Assembly (NCBI GenBank): GCA_965262715.1
Contig: OZ253553.1
Coordinates: forward strand, 160,001 to 224,000
Length of the DNA: 64,000 bases
Source of the DNA: Bdellovibrionales bacterium
GTDB lineage: Bacteria > Bdellovibrionota > Bdellovibrionia > Bdellovibrionales > JAUICD01
Direction: 5' to 3'
Below, in pieces: positions 40,833-51,144 of this stretch. The position numbers and the translations under genes were made by a program. Within the stretch, counting starts at the first letter, position 1, and every line of letters begins with the position of its first letter. The notes beneath the pieces were generated by a model. It saw only the letters and a list, made by a program, of their open reading frames with translations, was not told the origin of the DNA and did no database searches.

Positions 40833-41978
40833 ATGAAAAGAAGGTATAGAAGATATATGAAAAGAAAGTGGTATTTTATAAGGTTTGTGTTTTTAGGTTT
40901 TATTTTGAGTTCAACAGAAGGACTTTCTCAACGAACTTTAACTTCATACAATTTAGAATATATGTCTAGTTGCTACGACCGCTTGACTATGCCTTACACA
41001 GCTGTTGTAGACACACATTTGCATTTTCGCCCTTTTGCTGTCAGTGCAGCTCCTCCATTTGAAGAAGTGGTGCAATACCTTAGAGATGCAGGTGTGCTTT
41101 TTGCAAATATTTATGGGATTGGCCAAGTATTGCCGGCCACTTCATCTTGTGCAGACCTTACTTCATGTGTAAGCATACCTATCAGACCCAGCTTTCGAAA
41201 CGACATACTCAATGCTGAAAATTTAACAAAATGGAGAATATCAAATCAAACAAATGGAAATCGAAACGTTCATTTTGTCTTAGCTATGACATTTCCTGAT
41301 CTATCAGACCCTTCTTCAGTGTTATCTGGAATCCATCTTTTAGACAGAGAATATTCACAAAGGTTATTTCGCTGGATGGGTGAAGTGAATTTAGTAAAAG
41401 AGTTTCTTTTTAATCGTGGGATGGAAGCTGTTCCAAAATCTAAAGTCCCTGAATGGCAGCCCTTTATGACTGTTCTGCGAGAAAGAAATATTCCGTTAGC
41501 AATTCACTCTGATTTAGGCAATGACAATGACCCTACAAAATATATCTCTTGGATGGAAGAAGTCTTACAGTTATATCCAGACAATAAAATTGTTTGGATG
41601 CATGCAGGAATATCTATAAGATTAACCAAAATGGATGTAGATCAGCATATTGAAGTGCTCAGCTCCTTTTTAGATAGGTTTCCTCACCTCATGCTTGATT
41701 TTTCATGGTATATTCTTAATGATTATTATTTGTCTCCCAACGAAATTAATCAAACTAAGTATGTAGATTTCATCAATCAATATTCTACACGTATTTTACC
41801 AGGCACAGATTTTATAGCTACCAACAAAAGAGATTTTAGTTCCTACTTAAAAGAACTTGAACTAACAAGTTGGATTTACCAGTATGTCAGTGACGAAGCT
41901 TTTAGAAATATTGCCTTAGGGCAGAATTATTTTCGATTTACAAACTTATCATTTCGAGCTCCACGCATCTGCCAATAA
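40833..41978 (+). CDS. Secreted amidohydrolase-family protein
   Basis: VDTHLH, MGEVNL, IHSD, WMHAG, ILPGTDF. Confidence 0.8.
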   Translation: MKRRYRRYMKRKWYFIRFVFLGFILSSTEGLSQRTLTSYNLEYMSSCYDRLTMPYTAVVDTHLHFRPFAVSAAPPFEEVVQYLRDAGVLFANIYGIGQVLPATSSCADLTSCVSIPIRPSFRNDILNAENLTKWRISNQTNGNRNVHFVLAMTFPDLSDPSSVLSGIHLLDREYSQRLFRWMGEVNLVKEFLFNRGMEAVPKSKVPEWQPFMTVLRERNIPLAIHSDLGNDNDPTKYISWMEEVLQLYPDNKIVWMHAGISIRLTKMDVDQHIEVLSSFLDRFPHLMLDFSWYILNDYYLSPNEINQTKYVDFINQYSTRILPGTDFIATNKRDFSSYLKELELTSWIYQYVSDEAFRNIALGQNYFRFTNLSFRAPRICQ

Positions 41979-42238
41979 CTAAGTGATCTCTTTTATTTCT
42001 CTTACTTTTTTTATTTGCTATTGACTTTTGCAAAAGAGTATGGTTTAAGAAACAACAACAGCAAAAAGATTATACAAATGGAGTTATAACAAAAACATTA
42101 CTTTCTAAGGGTCAACCACTTTCTTATTTTATTGATCTTATTCAAGTACAAGCCTGATATCTATGTACCTCTGAGCCTATCTAATTCTTTATAAGCTTTC
42201 GTTTTTTTATAATTATTTAAAATTGAAAGAGGTGTACT

Positions 42239-42712
42239 GTGAACTTATTTAAGTTGAATATATGTATTTTAGTATGTTTCATTGCAGTTAATGTGAATGC
42301 TGACTTGTTTTGCAATCGTGAATATTGGAGAAATACGACACAACCTGACGTAGAATATATGCTAAATTCACAAGAATATGATCAGATTCAAGATGAACAA
42401 CAACTTATCTATGATTTGACATTTCTTTATGAGGAGTGTGAAGAAGGCCAAGAAAAACCCATCCAAATCCTGAAAAGAGAGGCAAGCCTTGATGTACAAA
42501 AATATCTTATGTGTGAAATAACCAGTGAAGTTAACTCTCTTAATGCTTTTTTTACAAGGATTATGGATCCATGGTATTGGACTGGATGTATATTGTATGA
42601 ACTAAGAGAAAGCTGTGAACAAGAAGCTATTTCTTCTTCAATAGGTGGCAAATTGGTATGTCAAGAACCACTAGTAAGATGGAATAGCGTTTTTGGTGGT
42701 GGTAGCAGATAA
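42239..42712 (+). CDS. Hypothetical secreted Cys-containing protein
   Basis: Signal peptide ending VNA; GAGGT RBS. Confidence 0.65.
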   Translation: MNLFKLNICILVCFIAVNVNADLFCNREYWRNTTQPDVEYMLNSQEYDQIQDEQQLIYDLTFLYEECEEGQEKPIQILKREASLDVQKYLMCEITSEVNSLNAFFTRIMDPWYWTGCILYELRESCEQEAISSSIGGKLVCQEPLVRWNSVFGGGSR

Positions 42713-43319
42713 AAGAGTATTTTATCTTCAATAGCGTTAGAAATTGTCCTTACTATTATTAATTAACTGTAACAATATAAATAATATCGTTTTGGATAAT
42801 AATATAGGATTTGAAATTGTAAATTGCTCTGATAATGTTTGTGCATATCTATGTTGTTTTTGTTCATTAATTATTATTAAGAGGTAACAAAAACTTAGAT
42901 TCATTTCAAGCAAAGCCTACTAGACATTTTCACAAACATATCACACATTATATGATCAAATACAACTCACATCAGCTTTGCTGCACAAACATGTATGGAA
43001 AGAAAAGATACTTGTGGTAAGCTTATGAACTAACTCTTATCCAGTGTTTTAGAAGATAAATTTTATAAAAAAGTTATCACAAAAATATTTTTTCTAAGCA
43101 TTGCATTATACTTAAAATTTCCTTATTTACAATTTAAAAGTTCTAATGACAAAACAAGATGAATTGCCTTAAAAAATCATGTAAAAAATACAATATTTAC
43201 AAATATAACTTGTAAATATTACAAACTTATATTTAAAGCTTGTATACACGATCTTGTTAAGATATATTAATTTATCAAAATACTATATATCTATTGTGTT
43301 GTATTATAGAGGAAAAATT

Positions 43320-44075
43320 ATGATAAAAAACTTTTTATATACAGGTCTATGTTTAATATTGTTAACTTCAATAGAAGCGATAGCTTATGAACCATCTGTT
43401 CAGAATTCTTTTGATCAACAAGATACATTTGATTTTAATAACACAACAGATATAGATATTGAGGAATATATTGACACAGAGGAAGCACCAGCTCATGGAC
43501 ATGGACCTAGGCGACATCGACGGCAGGGACGTTGTTGTCATCCTGTGACTGTACCTGTTGGACCACTTGTTTGGCAATATTATTGGGGATATTGGAGATG
43601 GTATCAACCCACTACTGTTGTGCAGGATTGTCATATTGTTATTATAGAGAGACCTGATCCTCCTCGTCGTCCTCGCCCTCGACCTCCACGACGTCCTCGT
43701 TACCCACATCCTTCTGACCATGTTGAAGATACCTATTGTGATCAGCTTAGAAGAAGTATCAGAGGTATGAGAGATAACTCACTATTTAATGCCATATGTA
43801 ATGGCCACGACCTTACTGTCGAAAACTTATTAAATAGAGGAAGCCATTATGTAAATGAAAGAGGGTTTACTGGAGAAAATGCTCTCATCCTAGCTACCAA
43901 ATTAGATGATATGCGTATTGTACGTTTGCTCATTCAAGATTTTGACGCAAATGTATGTCTGACTCATCAAGGCCTTATGGCAGTAGATTGGGCTTATGAA
44001 CTTGAACATGAACGTATGTTTCGATACTTAGAAAGAAGATCATCTCATTGCTTTGATGATTTTAGAAGACGATAG
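43320..44075 (+). CDS. Secreted Pro/Arg-rich protein with C-terminal ankyrin repeats (paralog of 48388)
   Basis: Start set at ATG 43320 after a GAGGA RBS; GENALILA...IVRLLIQDFDANV ankyrin; N-terminus matches 48388. Confidence 0.8.
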   Translation: MIKNFLYTGLCLILLTSIEAIAYEPSVQNSFDQQDTFDFNNTTDIDIEEYIDTEEAPAHGHGPRRHRRQGRCCHPVTVPVGPLVWQYYWGYWRWYQPTTVVQDCHIVIIERPDPPRRPRPRPPRRPRYPHPSDHVEDTYCDQLRRSIRGMRDNSLFNAICNGHDLTVENLLNRGSHYVNERGFTGENALILATKLDDMRIVRLLIQDFDANVCLTHQGLMAVDWAYELEHERMFRYLERRSSHCFDDFRRR

Positions 44076-44184
44076 CTTTATTAGGAGCTGTTTACCTTTT
44101 GAAGTTTTATCTTAAACGACTTAGTGTTGTATAAAATGAAAAAGCAATTATCGTTTTGAGTAAAATAACTGTATTTATTCTTAT

Positions 44185-45140
44185 TTATAATACAGCTTCT
44201 ATACATTCTTGCTGTTTCTGTTCTTCATTCTGTATTTCCTTTTCCTTATACGTATTGGATTTTAACACCTCTATAGTAGCAAAGTGACTACCAGAGGAAA
44301 AAATTGCGCTAATAGGAGCAAACAACAAGGAGAAACCATTAGACATAGTCTCTGATTGTCTGTTTTCAGCAATCATTAGAGCTGTTCTACCGTATTTATC
44401 TCTTTTATATGGTCTGCCCCTGCCTCTATAAGAGTTTTTACTAAATTCGAATGATTGCGATCACTACGGCTAATCACCATTAACGCTGTTTCACCATTTA
44501 CATCTGGAATATTAGGATTTGCTTCTTGTTTCAATAACATGTCAACAATAGTTTCACTATAATTATTTCTAACAGCTTTTATCAATGCCGTTTGAGTATT
44601 CTCACTATTTTGCGCATTAGGATCTGCCCCATAAGCTAAAAGCATTTCAACATATTTAGGATCAGCATTTTCAGCAGCTCATGTTAATGGTGTGTCACCA
44701 TACTTATCTCGAATATCAATATCTATTTTTGCATCTAATAACATTTTAGCAATATCAAGTTTGTTGTATCTCATTGCTAAAGCTATAGGTAATCTGCCAT
44801 ATTGATCATGAATAAAATTTGGATCTGCTCCTCTCTCTAACAACATACCCACAAAATCTATATTACCCCATAAAATAGCTGCTTCTAAAGGTGTCATAGG
44901 AGTAGAAAGAAAATTCAGGAAACCGGTGCCTATGTCTGGCACATTAAGATCAATCTTAGAGTTTATCAATTTATAAGCTTCATCAAGTTTATTATTTTGA
45001 ATACTAGTTATGAGAAGCTGTCTATTACGACGATTATGGTTATCATCATGCTTTGCGTAAGAAATAGTATTATTTATTAGAGAGAGAAAGATCGAAGAAA
45101 TACACAATTTTAAAAGAAAACAACCTTGTGATTCTTTCAT
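44185..45140 (-). pseudogene. Secreted ankyrin-repeat protein broken by an in-frame TGA (44679) and a 1-nt deletion (~44412)
   Basis: GDTPLT-TGA-AAENADPKYVEMLL continues in frame; GAD|PYKRDKYGRTALMIA continues in a shifted frame. Confidence 0.85.
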
Positions 45141-45304
45141 TAATCAACTCACCACTATCATACAAGTTTTTAGAGCAAGAAAAATTTCATATCAATGATA
45201 AAAAATATAATAGAATGCAACAAAATAACTTTCAAGGCATTTTTTATGAACTTTGCGTTATACATACCTAGAGCCCATCTCAAACTTTTATAAATAACTG
45301 CTTT

Positions 45305-45444
45305 TTTGGGCAATCCAGTAACAAGCCTCTGAAATAGTGGCCAGATTGCCAAATGCTAGATATCTTAAGCAACCAAGATTTATCATTTTAGTTCTTAACG
45401 TGTGTTATATAATACAAAAACTTATTTTGTCAGACCGCTTCTAA
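45305..45444. mobile_element. Degenerate family B repeat plus D-type end
   Basis: GGGCAATC...GATTGCC arms; ends TTTTGTCAGACCGCTTCTAA, whose inverted match TAGCAGCGGTCTGACAAAA is at 51015. Confidence 0.55.
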
Positions 45445-45481
45445 ATAGGATTGATGAATTCCCTATCAGTCTCTTTATAAT

Positions 45482-47677
45482 CTAAAGATTATTACGAAGT
45501 AACAAAATTAATAAGGATATGACCAAACCGATACAAGCAAAAGCCATCTTATAATAATAAGTATAGGCCCTTGATGTGTGATGTGATGATTGGATAGTTT
45601 TTACTTCTATAGAAGGAATAGGTGATCTACGATACCAACCTTTAACTGTAACCTCCTGTCTTTGAAACTTCTTAAAATGGAAGATACCAAATAGAATGTT
45701 AAGCCCAAAAGGTTCATGATCGAGAAAGATCAGCCCTGTCTTATCCTTAAGGAAAAAATCTTCAGAGAAAATTGATCCAGCAATTCCTCTTCCTAAAATA
45801 CGACCTTTTAGAACCACCGGATAAGAGCAAACAGGAGATACTTTCACTACTTTTAAAAGAGCTGCAATAGAGCAAGGGAAAAAACTTCCCTCACCTGGAT
45901 ATGCTTTTAAAACTCTGATCAAAGCTCCTATAGATACACATAAGATAAAAGTTGCAAATAAAGAAATAAGAGAAACCCAATCAGAACCATTAAACATGCT
46001 CCACATTTGAAGTAATGTGATCTGGTTAAACACGCTATATGATACAATACCTAAAACACCTAAGATATATGGCAGAAATACAATAAATAAATCAAAGAAG
46101 AAATCATCCCAATAACTTTCTGGCTTCCGCTTGTTAAATAAAAGGTAGGGTTCTTGATTTAAAGATAGAGCATAAGAACTAATAGCATTTATTCTCTTGG
46201 CTGTAAGAGGATGAGTGGAGTTCAGTTCATAGTAAGACGCCCAAGGATTCCAAAGATCCCATCTCATAATATCTTTTATAGATTCAGGATTATACATATC
46301 TTCAGATTCTGTTCCTTGTTGGAGAAGAGATAGCTGTTGAGATATTGAAGCACTCGCAATGTTAAAAGCTTCTACACTTTGAGCTGCTTGAGATTTCCTT
46401 TTTTGATTTTTCTTTTCTAAACTATTTGTAGCATGACCTAAGTTTTTTAATTGTTGTGTTACTGCTTGAGTTGCAATGTCTCGTCTTCTCCTCACCGAAC
46501 GTTGCCTAGAAGGATTGACCTGCTTAGAATCCTCTTGCATAGAAGAGGGGTCTAATAAACCGTAGGAAATTTTAACCAGTGCTGTTAACAAAGCATTTGG
46601 TTTTTTTGTGGCAAAACAACTAAACCGATCTGCATAATATTCTCTTGCCCTAGAGACAAAAAGTACTAAATACTCAGAAACCAAGTAAGAGACATAACTA
46701 ACAACCATAACAGCAATAATGTCTTTTCTCCCCTTTGACTCCCGAACGGCTTCCCTAAAGTAATCAAAAATATTGTATAAAATAATAGGTACAATCTTTA
46801 TGACAGTCATTAAGGCAAAGTCCCAATGTTTAATATGTCCTAATTCATGAGCTAAAACAGATTCTAATTCATCTTGATCAAGTAATTGAAACATTCCTTC
46901 GGAAAAAACAACTCTTGCGCTATAAGGAGTTCTACCATATGTATATGCCTGAGGAGATTGATCTCGAATAATTCCTATTCTAGGAGTAGGTATACGATTA
47001 TTACGACAAAGCTTCATCAAAGAATCTTGAAAGTGGGCAGGAAGGTCTTTAAATAAAACCCAATCTAAAGATCCAAAAAGTCTTAATTGCCAATCTAAAA
47101 AGATAGGGCCAAAGTAAAATTGCAATAAAACAAAAATGATAAGGACAATAGAACCAGCCCAAACAGGTAACGCTGTCATTTCCATTGCAAAAACTATCAC
47201 TCCAAATAATAAACCATAAAGAGAAAGTAGAACCATTCCAGAAGTTAAAGCTAAAGACGGCATGCGGGCAGGAACAACCATTTTATTTTGAGCAATTTTT
47301 TTAGAAATAAAAGTGTCTTCTTGAATTTTTTTAAATGATTTATCTTTTTGAATATTCTCAAATTCCTGAGCATCAAGGTAAATGCCACGGCAAGAAGAAC
47401 ATTCTTCAACTTGATAGGAAAATCCTGGAAACTTACCTGCTTGCATAGAAGCATTGTCACATTTTGGACATTTGGCAGATATACGTTGAGATCGATCTAA
47501 ACCAAAATGCAAATATTGTTTTAAAATAGTACGATCTTTAATGAAAAAATTAACTTCACCATAATCCAGCCACACACCTCGACAAGAGGGGCAAACGTCA
47601 ATCAATACTCCCTTTTTTGTCAAAACAGATCGCATCTGTTTTGTACACTTTAAGCATTTAATAGTTTTTTGATCCAT
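45482..47677 (-). CDS. HtpX-like M48 zinc metalloprotease with two N-terminal zinc ribbons
   Basis: CxxC...CxxCRGVWLD twice; PQAYTYG; AHELGH; SRAREYYAD; STHPL. Confidence 0.88.
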   Translation of the reverse strand: MDQKTIKCLKCTKQMRSVLTKKGVLIDVCPSCRGVWLDYGEVNFFIKDRTILKQYLHFGLDRSQRISAKCPKCDNASMQAGKFPGFSYQVEECSSCRGIYLDAQEFENIQKDKSFKKIQEDTFISKKIAQNKMVVPARMPSLALTSGMVLLSLYGLLFGVIVFAMEMTALPVWAGSIVLIIFVLLQFYFGPIFLDWQLRLFGSLDWVLFKDLPAHFQDSLMKLCRNNRIPTPRIGIIRDQSPQAYTYGRTPYSARVVFSEGMFQLLDQDELESVLAHELGHIKHWDFALMTVIKIVPIILYNIFDYFREAVRESKGRKDIIAVMVVSYVSYLVSEYLVLFVSRAREYYADRFSCFATKKPNALLTALVKISYGLLDPSSMQEDSKQVNPSRQRSVRRRRDIATQAVTQQLKNLGHATNSLEKKNQKRKSQAAQSVEAFNIASASISQQLSLLQQGTESEDMYNPESIKDIMRWDLWNPWASYYELNSTHPLTAKRINAISSYALSLNQEPYLLFNKRKPESYWDDFFFDLFIVFLPYILGVLGIVSYSVFNQITLLQMWSMFNGSDWVSLISLFATFILCVSIGALIRVLKAYPGEGSFFPCSIAALLKVVKVSPVCSYPVVLKGRILGRGIAGSIFSEDFFLKDKTGLIFLDHEPFGLNILFGIFHFKKFQRQEVTVKGWYRRSPIPSIEVKTIQSSHHTSRAYTYYYKMAFACIGLVISLLILLLRNNL

Positions 47678-47761
47678 GATATCTATTATACAGTAATTTT
47701 TTGATTTGTACTGCTTAACCCTACACTATATAGAAAAGTGTATATAAACATTTCAAAATAC

Positions 47762-48285
47762 TAAGGGCTGTTGCCGTTTCGAGATAAGGAGGACGGATCC
47801 ATTCCATTAGGTATGACCATTCAAGTTCAACTTTTTCAATTTGCAAGCACTATATTATATGGATTAAAAAAAATAGATGGTGATAAAAACCAATGATAAA
47901 AATGGGCAGAGGCTCGCCTTACGAGTCTGGCCTCAGGGCAATGATGAGTAGGAATGAATTTAATTGATTTCCCTAACATAGTATAAAAAAATGAAGAGTA
48001 TCTCCCTTACTCAAAATGAATATGTTTTCTGGGCAATAAGCTATTTGCCGACAGCGAAAGACTGTCGGGCTTATTGCCAGAAAACCGCCAGAGGCGGGTT
48101 CATTTTGAGGGAAACAATTCAAGAAGGAAAATGAAGGTCCAGCTCAATCAAGGCCATCCGGAATCGGTTACCCGGAACTGATAACAGTTTGCTAGATTGC
48201 CCGCTTACCGGACCTCGGAAAAAAAGAGAGCTTAACTGGTCATGAACCTATTTTTATACTTGCTGTGAATGACAACAACCTCTAA
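47762..48285. mobile_element. Nested composite element: F end, C left part, A9, C right part, B, F end
   Basis: Left TAAGGGCTGTTGCCGTTTC; right (reverse complement) TTAGAGGTTGTTGTCATTC; interior matches families A, B and C. Confidence 0.75.
47968..48116 (+). repeat. Family A structured element, copy A9
   Basis: CTCAAAATGAAT/GTTCATTTTGAG, GGCAATAAGC/GCTTATTGCC, CCGACAG-CGAAAGA-CTGTCGG, CCGCC-AGA-GGCGG. Confidence 0.9.
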
Positions 48286-48387
48286 AAGCCTTATACTTAT
48301 TATATTAATTCATTATATTAAAGGTTGCATAAGCCGTTTTGCTAATATATAATTGGCACCACATAAAATATGTAAAAGAGGAAATCT

Positions 48388-49494
48388 GTGATAAAAAAAC
48401 CTTTATATATAGCTTTATGTTTAGCATTATTCATCTCAGTAGAGGTAATAGCTTACCCGTCATCTGTTCAAAACTCTTTTGATCAACAAGATACATTTGA
48501 TTTTGATAACACAATAGATATTGAGGAATATATTGATGCAGGGCAACCAATAGCTCATAGAGGACCACCACATCGCCATAGAAGACGCTGTTATCTAGTA
48601 ACTGTACCTGGACCGCCTGTTTGGGGCCCTTGGGGATGGCGTCGACCTACCGTTCGTAAATGTCGCCCTGTTATTGTATACAAAGCACCTCCTCCTCCCC
48701 GACGACGTCCTGGCTATCGTCCTGGTCATCCACGAGGTTTCGACTACCGCCCTCATCATCACCCACGCCCACGACGTCCTCGCTATTCACAACGTTCTCG
48801 TCACTCATCACCCTCTCATAATTTTGAAGGTGCAAGAGATCATCCTTCTGATCACCATCATCCACGACGTTCTCGTCGCTCGTCATCTTCTTCTCATAAC
48901 TTTGAAGGTACAAGAGATCGTCATTTACCAGTAGAAGATTTAGAGGGTCGTTATTTATCACCATCTGCTCGTAGCCCTGAAAATGAAGAAGACCGCCTTG
49001 TACCACTACCTTCTCGCAGCCTTGCAGGTGTAGACGACCGCCTTGTACCACTACCTTCTCGCAGCTCTGAAGATGTAGACGACCGCCCTCCACCACTATC
49101 TTCTCGCAACTCTACTGAAGATACAGAAAATGTTTATATCTATACCTATTGTGATCATAGAAGAAATCTCAGAGATATTAGAAGAGAAGACGAGCAAGAT
49201 GACTTAGTAAAAAACCTACTATTTAACGCTATATGTGATAATGAAAGTACTATTGTGGGATTTCTATTAGAAGATAGAGGCTATTTTATAAATGAGGTAG
49301 TGTTTACTGGAGAAACACCTCTAATCCTAGCAATTAAATTAGAAAATATGGATATTGTACGTCTGCTTGTTGAAAGTTTCGAAGCAGATATATGTAGAGA
49401 AATCCAAGGTCTTACAGCAATAGGCTGGGCTGAAGAACTTCGCAATGAAGGCATCTTTGAATATCTAGAAGAAAGATCATCTCAGTGCTTTTAA
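48388..49494 (+). CDS. Secreted Pro/Arg/His-rich protein with internal repeats and C-terminal ankyrin repeats
   Basis: Signal peptide; SVQNSFDQQDTFDF shared with 43320; SHNFEG x2, DRLVPLPSRS repeats; GETPLILA ankyrin. Confidence 0.8.
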   Translation: MIKKPLYIALCLALFISVEVIAYPSSVQNSFDQQDTFDFDNTIDIEEYIDAGQPIAHRGPPHRHRRRCYLVTVPGPPVWGPWGWRRPTVRKCRPVIVYKAPPPPRRRPGYRPGHPRGFDYRPHHHPRPRRPRYSQRSRHSSPSHNFEGARDHPSDHHHPRRSRRSSSSSHNFEGTRDRHLPVEDLEGRYLSPSARSPENEEDRLVPLPSRSLAGVDDRLVPLPSRSSEDVDDRPPPLSSRNSTEDTENVYIYTYCDHRRNLRDIRREDEQDDLVKNLLFNAICDNESTIVGFLLEDRGYFINEVVFTGETPLILAIKLENMDIVRLLVESFEADICREIQGLTAIGWAEELRNEGIFEYLEERSSQCF

Positions 49495-49508
49495 ATATAC
49501 CTCTTTAA

Positions 49509-50207
49509 TCAATTATTCGTACAGTTTTCCCATTCTGTTTTTGCCATATTAAAGTCTGTTCTTCCTCTTTCTGTTATAATAGAAGCTCTCTCTTCCCTAT
49601 TTATACGTAATATAGATCCAAGATTATATCTTGCCGTAATACTTATATAGGATTCATTAATTGAACGCTGACACCTTATATCATCAGATGAAAGAATGTC
49701 TCGTCGAAGTTCAAAGATATCCTTCAGTGTATCTAGAGCTTCTCCTTCTATCCCATGTTCTCTTAATGTACCTATTAAGAAATCAAAATTATCTTCATAA
49801 ATTCGGTAAGCTAATTGTGATGGATCTGATATCTCTTCTGAATGTGATATACAACTACTCCATGAGTGTTGAGCTAAACCTAATTGGGCTTTTAAAGAAT
49901 CGATATGTTCTTGAGTTACATTATTGAATTGACTAGCTCTATGTTCCTCCATAAACGGCATAAGTACATAGCTATAGAAAATAAAAAAAGGTTCTCGATA
50001 ACGATCACAGAAAGAATTATTATTATTATCACTATCTACAATACTTAAAGTCTCCCTTTCTATATCTAACAATTGAAGTTCTCTTATATTTTGTCTTGAC
50101 CCGTGTGCACTCTTCAACCCTATAGGATACCCTAAAATGACCACTAATAATAAAGATAACAAAGGTTTAATCATCAAATGAGTTAAGGGATAATGAGCGC
50201 AATACAT
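49509..50207 (-). CDS. Hypothetical secreted helical protein
   Basis: Hydrophobic N-terminus, AGGAGG RBS. Confidence 0.65.
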   Translation of the reverse strand: MYCAHYPLTHLMIKPLLSLLLVVILGYPIGLKSAHGSRQNIRELQLLDIERETLSIVDSDNNNNSFCDRYREPFFIFYSYVLMPFMEEHRASQFNNVTQEHIDSLKAQLGLAQHSWSSCISHSEEISDPSQLAYRIYEDNFDFLIGTLREHGIEGEALDTLKDIFELRRDILSSDDIRCQRSINESYISITARYNLGSILRINREERASIITERGRTDFNMAKTEWENCTNN

Positions 50208-50392
50208 TTTTCCTCCTATTTTTAATGGATTTGAGAAATATATATTTCTATCTTAAAATCATTCACAACCTTTATACCTATTTTGTACACATAAATATAG
50301 AGAAATATGGGAAAATGTTTTAAAATAGTAAAGAAAATTTGAAGTAAACCGAAGACTCATAACCTAAAGGCCTTCCATTAAGAGGTTTTACA

Positions 50393-50908
50393 ATGAAAGT
50401 TAGACAATATGTGTTATTTATACCTTTTTTATTTATCATTACTGGTTGTGGTGCAACAATCTGCTCAAAAAAAGACAATTCAAAGCACGGTGTTGCCTTT
50501 AACTATGGAAATATGTATGGCAACAAATATGTAGACATTGATCATTTACCTACATTTGTTGAAAAAAACAAGTGGGTGAAAAAAATAATTATTGAAACTA
50601 ACGGCTTTTTAGTTATATCCTCTCAACAAACAGCTTCCTGTAAAAATAAAGAAGAAATAAAAGCAGCAATTAATAAGAAGCTTTCTCTCCCTCCCTGCGA
50701 AAGAATAGCCATGATAAAATATCCAGCTCATCGTTATATGACCGGCCAAGGATATGAACGATGGGATCATATTTCTGAAGAAGAATGGCCTAACATAAAT
50801 GATCTAAAACATACCTTTTCTCAACAAGCTGATTATCATTATGAAAATTGTAATTACAATATATTTGGCCGTTTTTATATGTTCTTAGCAGTACTTGATT
50901 TTATATAA
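50393..50908 (+). CDS. Hypothetical lipoprotein
   Basis: Lipobox ITGC; GAGGT RBS. Confidence 0.7.
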   Translation: MKVRQYVLFIPFLFIITGCGATICSKKDNSKHGVAFNYGNMYGNKYVDIDHLPTFVEKNKWVKKIIIETNGFLVISSQQTASCKNKEEIKAAINKKLSLPPCERIAMIKYPAHRYMTGQGYERWDHISEEEWPNINDLKHTFSQQADYHYENCNYNIFGRFYMFLAVLDFI

Positions 50909-51144
50909 TCCTTTTTAGAAAACACTTATCACTTTCTCTAAGCGTTACAATAATATCATAAAAATAAACTCGGTAATCTGATAGAAGATATTTCAATTTA
51001 TAATGATTAATAAATAGCAGCGGTCTGACAAAACTCTGTTTACATTATAAACAAAGCAAGATTCAGATAAAGTTTAAGCATTTTGACATAGTTTATATAA
51101 ATAAGCTCCTGTTCTGCTTGTCCCGCTAAAGTCAAGATGACCGA

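Noticed and set aside
44679..44681. Genome-wide TGA recoding
   Set aside because: folE, trpS and the S2P gene end at TGA at the expected positions.
45170..45352. 60-aa ORF
   Set aside because: Starts within a degenerate family B repeat; no coding signal.
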